64,000 nt of DNA from the NCBI GenBank assembly GCA_964016885.1, contig OZ024742.1, positions 368,962,001 to 369,026,000 of the forward strand, read 5' to 3'. The notes beneath the pieces were generated by a model that made no database searches, had not been told where the DNA came from, and saw only the letters and a program-made list of their open reading frames with translations. Origin of the DNA: Eledone cirrhosa. Its lineage: Eukaryota. Shown here piece after piece: positions 39,101 to 51,100 of the stretch. The position numbers were made by a program, and so were the translations under genes. The stretch's first letter is position 1, and every line of letters starts with the position of its first letter.

Positions 39101-42100
39101 CAGCAAGACAAAGCTGGTGTTTTGTATCTCACTAGTTAGTACTTAACCCTGGAGGAGCGGGGACAGCAACAGACAAAGCTGGTGTTTTGTATCTCACTAG
39201 TTAGTACTTAACCCTGGAAGGGGACAGCAACAGACAGAGCTGGTGTTTTGTATCTCACTAGTTAGTACTTAAACCTGGAGGAGCAGGGACAGCAACAGAC
39301 AAAGCTGGTGTTTTGTATCTCACTAGTTAGTACTTAACTCTGGAGGAGCGGGGACAGCAACAGACAAAGCTGGTCTTTTGTATGTCACTAGTTAGTACTT
39401 AACCCTGGAGGAGGGGGGACAGCAATAGACAAAGCTGGTGTTTTGTATCTCACTAGTTAGTACTTAACCCTGGAGGGGGACAGCAACAGACAAAGCTGGT
39501 GTTTTGTATCTCACTAGTTAGTACTTAACCCTGGAGGAGGGGGGACAGCAAGACAAAGCAGGTGTTTTGTATCTCACGAGTTAGTACTTAACCCTGGAGG
39601 GGGACAGCAACAGACAAAGTTGGTGTTTGTATCTCACGAGTTAGTACTTAACCCTGGAGGAGGGGGGACAGCAAGACAAAGCAGGTGTTTTATATCTCAC
39701 GAGTTAGTACTTAACCCTGGAGGAGGGGGAGAGCAAGACAAAGCTGGTGTTTTGTATCTCACTAGTTAGTACTTAACCCTGGAGGGGGACAGCAACAGAC
39801 AAAGCTGGTGTTTTGTATCTCACTAGTTAGTACTTAACCCTGGAGGAGGGGGACAGCAACAGACAAAGCTGGTGTTTTGTATCTCACTAGTTAGTACTTA
39901 ACCCTGGAGGAAGGGGACAGCAAGACAAAGCTGGTGTTTTGTATCTCACTAGTTAGTACTTAACCCTGGAGGAGGGGGGACAGCAAGACAAAGCTGGTGT
40001 TTTGTATCTCACTAGTTAGTACTTAACCCTGGAGGAGCGGGGACAGCAACAGACAAAGCTGGTGTTTTGTATCTCACTAGTTAGTACTTAACCCTGGAGG
40101 AGCGGGGACAGCAACAGACAAAGCTGGTGTTTTGTATCTCACTAGTTAGTACTTAACCCTGGAGGAGCGGGGACAGCAACAGACAAAGCTGGTGTTTTGT
40201 ATGTCACTAGTTAGTACTTAACCCTGGAGGAGGGGGGACAGCAATAGACAAAGCTGGTGTTTTGTATCTCACTAGTTAGTACTTAACTCTGGAGGGGGAC
40301 AGCAACAGACAAAGCTGGTGTTTTGTATCTCACTAGTTAGTACTTAAACCTGGAGGAGCAGGGACAGCAACAGACAAAGCTGGTGTTTTGTATCTCACTA
40401 GTTAGTACTTAACCCTGGAGGAGCGGGGACAGCAACAGACAAAGCTGGTGTTTTGTATGTCACTAGTTAGTACTTAACCCTGGAGGAGGGGGGACAGCAA
40501 TAGACAAAGCTGGTGTTTTGTATCTCACTAGTTAGTACTTAACCCTGGAGGGGGACAGCAACAGACAAAGCTGGTGTTTTGTATGTCACTAGTTAGTACT
40601 TAACCCTGGAGGAGCGGGGACAGCAACAGACAAAGCTGGTGTTTTGTATCTCACTAGTTAGTACTTAACCCTGGAGGAGGGGGGACAGCAATAGACAAAG
40701 CTGGTCTTTTGTATCTCACTAGTTAGTACTTAACCCTGGAGGGGGACAGCAACAGACAAAGCTGGTGTTTTGTATCTCACTAGTTAGTACTTAAACCTGG
40801 AGGAGGGGGCACAGCAACAGACAAAGCTGGTGTTTTGTATCTCACTAGTTATTACTTAACCCTGGAGGAGGGGGGACAGCAACAGACAAAGCTGGTGTTT
40901 TGTATCTCACTAGTTAGTACTTAACCCTGTAGGAGGGGGACAGCAAGACAAAGCTGGTGTTTTGTATCTCACTAGTTAGTACTTAACCCTGGAGGAGGGG
41001 GGTCAGCAACAGACATAGCTGGTGGTTTGTATCTCACTAGTTAGTACTTAACCCTGGAGGAGAGGGGACAGCAAGACAAAGCTGGTATTTTGTATCTCAC
41101 TAGTTAGTACTTAACCCTGGAGGAGGGGGGACAGCAAGACAAAGCTGGGGTTTTGTATCTCACTAGTTAGTACTTAACCCTGGAGGAGGGGGGACAGCAA
41201 GACAAATCTGGTGTTTTGTATCTCACTAGTTAGTACTTAACCCTGTAGGAGCGGGACAGCAAGACAAAGCTGGTGTCTTGTATCTCACTAGTTAGTACTT
41301 AACCCTGGAGGAGGGGGGACAGCAAGACAAAGCTCATGTTTTGTATCTCACTAGTTAGTAGTTAACCCTGGAGGAGGGGGGACAGCAACAGACAAAGCTG
41401 GTGTTTTGTATCTCACTAGTTAGTACTTAACCCTGGAGGAGGGGGGGACAGTAAGACAAAGCTGGTGTTTTGTATCTCACTAGTTAGTACTTAACCCTGG
41501 AGGAGGGGGGACAGCAAGACAAATCTGGTGTTTTGTATCTCACTAGTTAGTACTTAACCCTGTAGGAGCGGGACAGCAAGACAAAGCTGGTGTCTTGTAT
41601 CTCACTAGTTAGTACTTAACCCTGGAGGAGGGGGGACAGCAAGACAAAGCTCATGTTTTGTATCTCACTAGTTAGTAGTTAACCCTGGAGGAGGGGGGGG
41701 ACAGCAACAGACAAAGCTGGTGTTTTGTATCTCACTAGTTAGTACTTAACCCTGGAGGAGCGGGGACAGCAACAGACAAAGCTGGTGTTTTGTATCTCAC
41801 TAGTTAGTACTTAACCCTGGAGGAGCGGGGACAGCAACAGACAAAGCTGGTGTTTTGTATCTCACTAGTTAGTACTTAACCCTGGAGGAGCGGGGACAGC
41901 AACAGACAAAGCTGGTGTTTTGTATGTCACTAGTTAGTACTTAACCCTGGAGGAGGGGGGACAGCAATAGACAAAGCTGGTGTTTTGTATCTCACTAGTT
42001 AGTACTTAACTCTGGAGGGGGACAGCAACAGACAAAGCTGGTGTTTTGTATCTCACTAGTTAGTACTTAAACCTGGAGGAGCAGGGACAGCAACAGACAA

Positions 42101-45100
42101 AGCTGGTGTTTTGTATCTCACTAGTTAGTACTTAACCCTGGAGGAGCGGGGACAGCAACAGACAAAGCTGGTGTTTTGTATGTCACTAGTTAGTACTTAA
42201 CCCTGGAGGAGGGGGGACAGCAATAGACAAAGCTGGTGTTTTGTATCTCACTAGTTAGTACTTAACCCTGGAGGGGGACAGCAACAGACAAAGCTGGTGT
42301 TTTGTATGTCACTAGTTAGTACTTAACCCTGGAGGAGCGGGGACAGCAACAGACAAAGCTGGTGTTTTGTATCTCACTAGTTAGTACTTAACCCTGGAGG
42401 AGGGGGGACAGCAATAGACAAAGCTGGTCTTTTGTATCTCACTAGTTAGTACTTAACCCTGGAGGGGGACAGCAACAGACAAAGCTGGTGTTTTGTATCT
42501 CACTAGTTAGTACTTAAACCTGGAGGAGGGGGCACAGCAACAGACAAAGCTGGTGTTTTGTATCTCACTAGTTATTACTTAACCCTGGAGGAGGGGGGAC
42601 AGCAACAGACAAAGCTGGTGTTTTGTATCTCACTAGTTAGTACTTAACCCTGTAGGAGGGGGACAGCAAGACAAAGCTGGTGTTTTGTATCTCACTAGCT
42701 AGTACTTAACCCTGGAGGAGGGGGGTCAGCAACAGACATAGCTGGTGGTTTGTATCTCACTAGTTAGTACTTAACCCTGGAGGAGAGGGGACAGCAAGAC
42801 AAAGCTGGTATTTTGTATCTCACTAGTTAGTACTTAACCCTGGAGGAGGGGGGACAGCAAGACAAAGCTGGTGTTTTGTATCTCACTAGTTAGTACTTAA
42901 CCCTGGAGGAGGGGGGACAGCAAGACAAATCTGGTGTTTTGTATCTCACTAGTTAGTACTTAACCCTGTAGGAGCGGGACAGCAAGACAAAGCTGGTGTC
43001 TTGTATCTCACTAGTTAGTACTTAACCCTGGAGGAGGGGGGACAGCAAGACAAAGCTCATGTTTTGTATCTCACTAGTTAGTAGTTAACCCTGGAGGAGG
43101 GGGGACAGCAACAGACAAAGCTGGTGTTTTGTATCTCACTAGTTAGTACTTAACCCTGGAGGAGGGGGGGACAGTAAGACAAAGCTGGTGTTTTGTATCT
43201 CACTAGTTAGTACTTAACCCTGGAGGAGGGGGGACAGCAAGACAAATCTGGTGTTTTGTATCTCACTAGTTAGTACTTAACCCTGTAGGAGCGGGACAGC
43301 AAGACAAAGCTGGTGTCTTGTATCTCACTAGTTAGTACTTAACCCTGGAGGAGGGGGGACAGCAAGACAAAGCTCATGTTTTGTATCTCACTAGTTAGTA
43401 GTTAACCCTGGAGGAGGGGGGGGACAGCAACAGACAAAGCTGGTGTTTTGTATCTCACTAGTTAGTACTTAACCCTGAAGGAGGGGGGGACAGTAGGACA
43501 AAGCTGGTGTTTTGTATCTCACTAGTTAGTACTTAACACTGGAGGGGGACAGCAACAGACAAAGTTGGTGTTTTGTATCTGACTAGTTAGTACTTAACCC
43601 TGGAGGAGGGGGGACAGCAAGACAAAGCTGGTGTTTTGTATCTCACTAGTTAGTACTTAACCTTGGAGAAGGGGGGTACAACAACAGACAAAGCTGGTGT
43701 TTTGTATCTCACGAGTTAGTACTTAACGCTGGAGGAGGGGGGACAGCAAGACAAAGCAGGTGTTTTATATCTCACGAGTTAGTACTTAACCCTGGAGGAG
43801 GGGGACAGCAAGACAAAGCAGGTGTTTTATATCTCACGAGTTAGTACTTAACCCTGGAGGAGGGGGGACAGCAACAGACAAAGCTGGTGTTTTGTATCTC
43901 ACTAGTTAGTACTTAACCCTGGAGGAGGGGGGGACAGCAAGACAAAGCTGGTGTTTTGTATCTCACTAGTTAGTACTTAACCCTGGAGGAGGGGGGACAG
44001 GAACAGACAAAGCTGGTGTTTTGTATCTCACTAGTTAGTACTTAACCCTGGAGGAGCGGCGACAGCAACAGACAAAGCTGGTGTTTTGTATCTCACTAGT
44101 TAGTACTTAACCATGGAGGAGCGGGGACAGCAACAGACAAAGCTGGTGTTTTGTATGTCACTAGTTAGTACTTAACCCTGGAGGAGGGGGGACAGCAATA
44201 GACAAAGCTGGTGTTTTGTATCTCACTAGTTAGTACTTAACCCTGGAGGGGGACAGCAACAGACAAAGCTGGTGTTTTGTATCTCACTAGTTAGTACTTA
44301 AACCTGGAGGAGCAGGGACAGCAACAGACAAAGCTGGTGTTTTGTATGTCACTAGTTAGTACTTAACCCTGGAGGAGCGGGGACAGCAACAGACAAAGCT
44401 GGTGTTTTGTATGTCACTAGTTAGTATTTAACCCTGGAGGAGCGGGGACAGCAACAGACAAAGCTGGCGTTTTGTATCTCACTAGTTAGTACTTAACCCT
44501 GGAGGAGGGGGGACAGCAATAGACAAAGCTGGTCTTTTGTATCTCACTAGTTAGTACTTAACCCTGGAGGGGGACAGCAACAGACAAAGCTGGTGTTTTG
44601 TATCTCACTAGATAGTACTTAAACCTGGAGGAGGGGGCACAGCAACAGACAAAGCTGGTGGTTTGTATCTCACTAGTTAGTACTTAACCCTGGAGGAGAG
44701 GGGACAGCAAGACAAAGCTGATATTTTGTATCTCACTAGTTAGTACTTAACCCTGGAGGAGGGGGGGACAGCAAGACAAAGCTGGTGTTTTGTATCTCAC
44801 TAGTTAGTACTTAACCCTGGAGGAGGGGGGACAGCAAGACAAATCTGGTGTTTTGTATCTCACTAGTTACTACTTAACCCTGGAGAAGGAGGGGACAGGG
44901 GACAGCAAGACAAAGCAGGTGTTTTGTATCTCACGAGTTAGTACTTAACTCTGGTGGAGGGGGACAGCAAGACAAAGCTGGTGTTTTGTATCTCACTAGT
45001 TAGTACTTAACCCTGGAGGGGGACAGCAACAGACAAAGCTGGTGTTTTGTATCTCACTAGTTAGTACTTAACCCTGAAGGAGGGGGGACAGAAAGACAAA

Positions 45101-48100
45101 GCTGGTGTTTTGTATCTCACTAGTTAGTACTTAACCCTGGAGGAGCGGGGACAACAACAGACAAAGCTGGTGTTTTGTATCTCACTAGTTAGTACTTAAC
45201 CCTGGAGGAGCGGGGACAGCAACAGACAAAGCTGGTGTTTTGTATCTCACTAGTTAGTACTTAACCCTGGAGGAGCGGGGACAGCAACAGACAAAGCTGG
45301 TGTTTTGTATCTCACTAGTTAGTACTTAACCCTGGGGGAGGGGGGACAGCAAGACAAAGCTGGTGTTTTGTATGTCACTAGTTAGTACTTAACCCTGGAG
45401 GAGCGGGGACAGCAACAGACAAAGCTGGTGTTTTGTATGTCACTAGTTAGTACTTAACCCTGGAGGAGGGGGGACAGCAATAGACAAAGCTGGTGTTTTG
45501 TATCTCACTAGTTAGTACTTAACCCTGGAGGGGGACAGCAACAGACAAAGCTGGTGTTTTGTATCTCACTAGTTAGTACTTAACCCTGGAGGGGGACAGC
45601 AACAGACAAAGCTGGTGTTTTGTATCTCACTAGTTAGTACTTAAACCTGGAGGAAGGGGGACAGCAACAGACAAAGCTGGTGTTTTGTATCTCACTAGTT
45701 AGTACTTAACCCTGGAGGAGGGGGGACAGCAACAGACAAAGCTGGTGTTTTGTATCTCACTAGTTAGTACTTAACCCTGTAGGAGGGGGACAGCAAGACA
45801 AAGCTGGTGTTTTGTATCTCACTAGTTAGTACTTAACCCTGGAGGGGGGACAGCAACGGACATAGCTGGTGTTTTGTATCTCACTAGTTAGTACTTAACC
45901 CTGGAGGAGAGGGGACAGCAAGACAAAGCTGGTGTTTTGTATCTCACTAGTTAGTACTTAACCCTGGAGGAGGGGGGACAGCAAGACAAAGCTGGTGTTT
46001 TGTATCTCACTAGTTAGTACTTAACCCTGGAGGAGGGGGGACAGCAAGACAAATCTGGTGTTTTGTATCTCAATATTTAGTACTTAACCCTGTAGGAGGG
46101 GGACAGCAAGACAAAGCTGGTGTCTTGTATCTCACTAGTTAGTAGTTAACCCTGGAGGAGGGGGGACAGCAAGACAAAGCTGGTGTTTTGTATCTCACTG
46201 GTTAGTACTTAACCCTGGAGGAGAGGGACAGCAACAGGCAAAGCTGGTGTTTTGTATCTTACTAGTTAGTACTTAACCCTGGAGGAGGGGGACAGCAACA
46301 GACAAAGCTGGTGTTTTGTATCTCACTAGTTAGAACTTAACCCTGGAGGAGGGGGGACAGCAAGACAAAGCTGGTGTTTTGTATCTCACTAGTTAGTACT
46401 TAACCCTGGAGGAGGGAGGACAGCAAGACAAAGCTGGTGTTTTGTATCTCACTAGTTAGTACTTAACCCTGGAGGAGGAGGGACAGCAAGACAAAGCTGG
46501 TGTTTTGTATCTCACTAGTTAGTACTTAACCCTGGAGGAGGGGGGACAGCAAGACAAAGCTGGTGTTTTGTATCTCACTAGTTAGTACTTAACCCTGGAG
46601 GAGGGGGGACAGCAAGACAAAGCTGGTGTTTTGTATCTCACTAGTTAGTACTTAACCCTGGAGGAGGGGGGACAGCAAGACAAAGCAGGTGTTTTGTATC
46701 TCACGAGTTAGTACTTAACCCTGGGGGAGGGGGGACAGCAAGACAAAGCAGGTGTTTTGTATCTCACTAGTTAGTACTTAACCCTGGGGGAGGGGGGACA
46801 GCAAGACAAAGCAGGTGTTTTGTATCTCACGAGTTAGTACTTAACCCTGGGGGAGGGGGGACAGCAAGACAAAGCAGGTGTTTTGTATCTCACGAGTTAG
46901 TACTTAACCCTGGGGGAGGGGGGACAGCAAGACAAAGCAGGTGTTTTGTATCTCACTAGTTAGTACTTAACCCTGGGGGAGGGGGGACAGCAAGACAAAG
47001 CAGGTGTTTTGTATCTCACGAGTTAGTACTTAACCGTGGGGGAGGGGGGACAGCAACAGACAAAGCTGGTGTTTTGTATCTCACTAGTTAGTACTTAACC
47101 CTGGAGGAGCGGGGACAGCAACAGACAAAGCTGGTGTTTTGTATGTCACTAGTTAGTACTTAACCCTGGGGGAGGGGGGACAGCAAGACAAAGCTGGTGT
47201 TTTGTATCTCACTAGTTAGTACTTAACCCTGGAGGAGCGGGGACAGCAACAGACAAAGCTGGTGTTTTGTATGTCACTAGTTAGTACTTAACCCTGGCGG
47301 AGGGGGGGACAGTAAGACAAAGCTGGTGTTTTGTATCTCACTAGTTAGTACTTAACCCTGGAGGAGGGGGGACAGCAAGACAAATCTGGTGTTTTGTATC
47401 TCACTAGTTAGTACTTAACCCTGTAGGAGCGGGACAGCAAGACAAAGCTGGTGTCTTGTATCTCACTAGTTAGTACTTAACCCTGGAGGAGGGGGGACAG
47501 CAAGACAAAGCTCATGTTTTGTATCTCACTAGTTAGTAGTTAACCCTGGAGGAGGGGGGGGACAGCAACAGACAAAGCTGGTGTTTTGTATCTCACTAGT
47601 TAGTACTTAACCCTGAAGGAGGGGGGGACAGTAGGACAAAGCTGGTGTTTTGTATCTCACTAGTTAGTACTTAACACTGGAGGGGGACAGCAACAGACAA
47701 AGTTGGTGTTTTGTATCTGACTAGTTAGTACTTAACCCTGGAGGAGGGGGGACAGCAAGACAAAGCTGGTGTTTTGTATCTCACTAGTTAGTACTTAACC
47801 TTGGAGAAGGGGGGTACAACAACAGACAAAGCTGGTGTTTTGTATCTCACGAGTTAGTACTTAACGCTGGAGGAGGGGGGACAGCAAGACAAAGCAGGTG
47901 TTTTATATCTCACGAGTTAGTACTTAACCCTGGAGGAGGGGGACAGCAAGACAAAGCAGGTGTTTTATATCTCACGAGTTAGTACTTAACCCTGGAGGAG
48001 GGGGGACAGCAACAGACAAAGCTGGTGTTTTGTATCTCACTAGTTAGTACTTAACCCTGGAGGAGGGGGGGACAGCAAGACAAAGCTGGTGTTTTGTATC

Positions 48101-51100
48101 TCACTAGTTAGTACTTAACCCTGGAGGAGGGGGGACAGGAACAGACAAAGCTGGTGTTTTGTATCTCACTAGTTAGTACTTAACCCTGGAGGAGCGGCGA
48201 CAGCAACAGACAAAGCTGGTGTTTTGTATCTCACTAGTTAGTACTTAACCATGGAGGAGCGGGGACAGCAACAGACAAAGCTGGTGTTTTGTATGTCACT
48301 AGTTAGTACTTAACCCTGGAGGAGGGGGGACAGCAATAGACAAAGCTGGTGTTTTGTATCTCACTAGTTAGTACTTAACCCTGGAGGGGGACAGCAACAG
48401 ACAAAGCTGGTGTTTTGTATCTCACTAGTTAGTACTTAAACCTGGAGGAGCAGGGACAGCAACAGACAAAGCTGGTGTTTTGTATGTCACTAGTTAGTAC
48501 TTAACCCTGGAGGAGCGGGGACAGCAACAGACAAAGCTGGTGTTTTGTATGTCACTAGTTAGTATTTAACCCTGGAGGAGCGGGGACAGCAACAGACAAA
48601 GCTGGCGTTTTGTATCTCACTAGTTAGTACTTAACCCTGGAGGAGGGGGGACAGCAATAGACAAAGCTGGTCTTTTGTATCTCACTAGTTAGTACTTAAC
48701 CCTGGAGGGGGACAGCAACAGACAAAGCTGGTGTTTTGTATCTCACTAGATAGTACTTAAACCTGGAGGAGGGGGCACAGCAACAGACAAAGCTGGTGGT
48801 TTGTATCTCACTAGTTAGTACTTAACCCTGGAGGAGAGGGGACAGCAAGACAAAGCTGATATTTTGTATCTCACTAGTTAGTACTTAACCCTGGAGGAGG
48901 GGGGGACAGCAAGACAAAGCTGGTGTTTTGTATCTCACTAGTTAGTACTTAACCCTGGAGGAGGGGGGACAGCAAGACAAATCTGGTGTTTTGTATCTCA
49001 CTAGTTACTACTTAACCCTGGAGAAGGAGGGGACAGGGGACAGCAAGACAAAGCAGGTGTTTTGTATCTCACGAGTTAGTACTTAACTCTGGTGGAGGGG
49101 GACAGCAAGACAAAGCTGGTGTTTTGTATCTCACTAGTTAGTACTTAACCCTGGAGGGGGACAGCAACAGACAAAGCTGGTGTTTTGTATCTCACTAGTT
49201 AGTACTTAACCCTGAAGGAGGGGGGACAGAAAGACAAAGCTGGTGTTTTGTATCTCACTAGTTAGTACTTAACCCTGGAGGAGCGGGGACAACAACAGAC
49301 AAAGCTGGTGTTTTGTATCTCACTAGTTAGTACTTAACCCTGGAGGAGCGGGGACAGCAACAGACAAAGCTGGTGTTTTGTATCTCACTAGTTAGTACTT
49401 AACCCTGGAGGAGCGGGGACAGCAACAGACAAAGCTGGTGTTTTGTATCTCACTAGTTAGTACTTAACCCTGGGGGAGGGGGGACAGCAAGACAAAGCTG
49501 GTGTTTTGTATGTCACTAGTTAGTACTTAACCCTGGAGGAGCGGGGACAGCAACAGACAAAGCTGGTGTTTTGTATGTCACTAGTTAGTACTTAACCCTG
49601 GAGGAGGGGGGACAGCAATAGACAAAGCTGGTGTTTTGTATCTCACTAGTTAGTACTTAACCCTGGAGGGGGACAGCAACAGACAAAGCTGGTGTTTTGT
49701 ATCTCACTAGTTAGTACTTAAACCGGGAGGAGCGGGGACAGCAACAGACAAAGCTGGTGTTTTGTATGTCACTAGTTAGTACTTAACCCTGGAGGAGCGG
49801 GGACAGCAACAGACAAAGCTGGTGTTTTGTATGTCACTAGTTAGTACTTAACCCTGGAGGAGGGGGGACAGCAATAGACAAAGCTGGTGTTTTGTATCTC
49901 ACTAGTTAGTACTTAACCCTGGAGGGGGACAGCAACAGACAAAGCTGGTGTTTTGTATCTCACTAGTTAGTACTTAACCCTGGAAGAGCGGGGACAGCAA
50001 CAGACAAAGCTGGTGTTTTGTATGTCACTAGTTAGTACTTAACCCTGGAGGAGTGGGGACAGCAACAGACAAAGCTGGTGTTTTGTATGTCACAAGTTAG
50101 TACTTAACCCTGGAGGAGCGGGGACAGCAACAGACAAAGCTGGTGTTTTGTATCTCACTAGTTAGTACTTAACCCTGGAGGAGGGAGGACAGCAATAGAC
50201 AAAGCTGGTGTTTTGTATCTCACTAGTTAGTACTTAACCCTGGAGGGGGACAGCAACAGACAAAGCTGGTGTTTTGTATCTCACTAGTTAGTACTTAAAC
50301 CTGGAGGAAGGGGGACAGCAACAGACAAAGCTGGTGTTTTGTATCTCACTAGTTAGTACTTAACCCTGGAGGAGGGGGGACAGCAACAGACAAAGCTGGT
50401 GTTTTGTATCTCACTAGTTAGTACTTAACCCTGTAGGAGGGGGACAGCAAGACAAAGCTGGTGTTTTGTATCTCACTAGTTAGTACTTAACCCTGGAGGG
50501 GGGACAGCAACGGACATAGCTGGTGTTTTGTATCTCACTAGTTAGTACTTAACCCTGGAGGAGAGGGGACAGCAAGACAAAGCTGGTGTTTTGTATCTCA
50601 CTAGTTAGTACTTAACCCTGGAGGAGGGGGGACAGCAAGACAAAGCTGGTGTTTTGTATCTCACTAGTTAGTACTTAACCCTGGAGGAGGGGGGACAGCA
50701 AGACAAATCTGGTGTTTTGTATCTCAATATTTAGTACTTAACCCTGTAGGAGGGGGACAGCAAGACAAAGCTGGTGTCTTGTATCTCACTAGTTAGTAGT
50801 TAACCCTGGAGGAGGGGGGACAGCAAGACAAAGCTGGTGTTTTGTATCTCACTGGTTAGTACTTAACCCTGGAGGAGAGGGACAGCAACAGGCAAAGCTG
50901 GTGTTTTGTATCTTACTAGTTAGTACTTAACCCTGGAGGAGGGGGACAGCAACAGACAAAGCTGGTGTTTTGTATCTCACTAGTTAGAACTTAACCCTGG
51001 AGGAGGGGGGACAGCAAGACAAAGCTGGTGTTTTGTATCTCACTAGTTAGTACTTAACCCTGGAGGAGGGAGGACAGCAAGACAAAGCTGGTGTTTTGTA

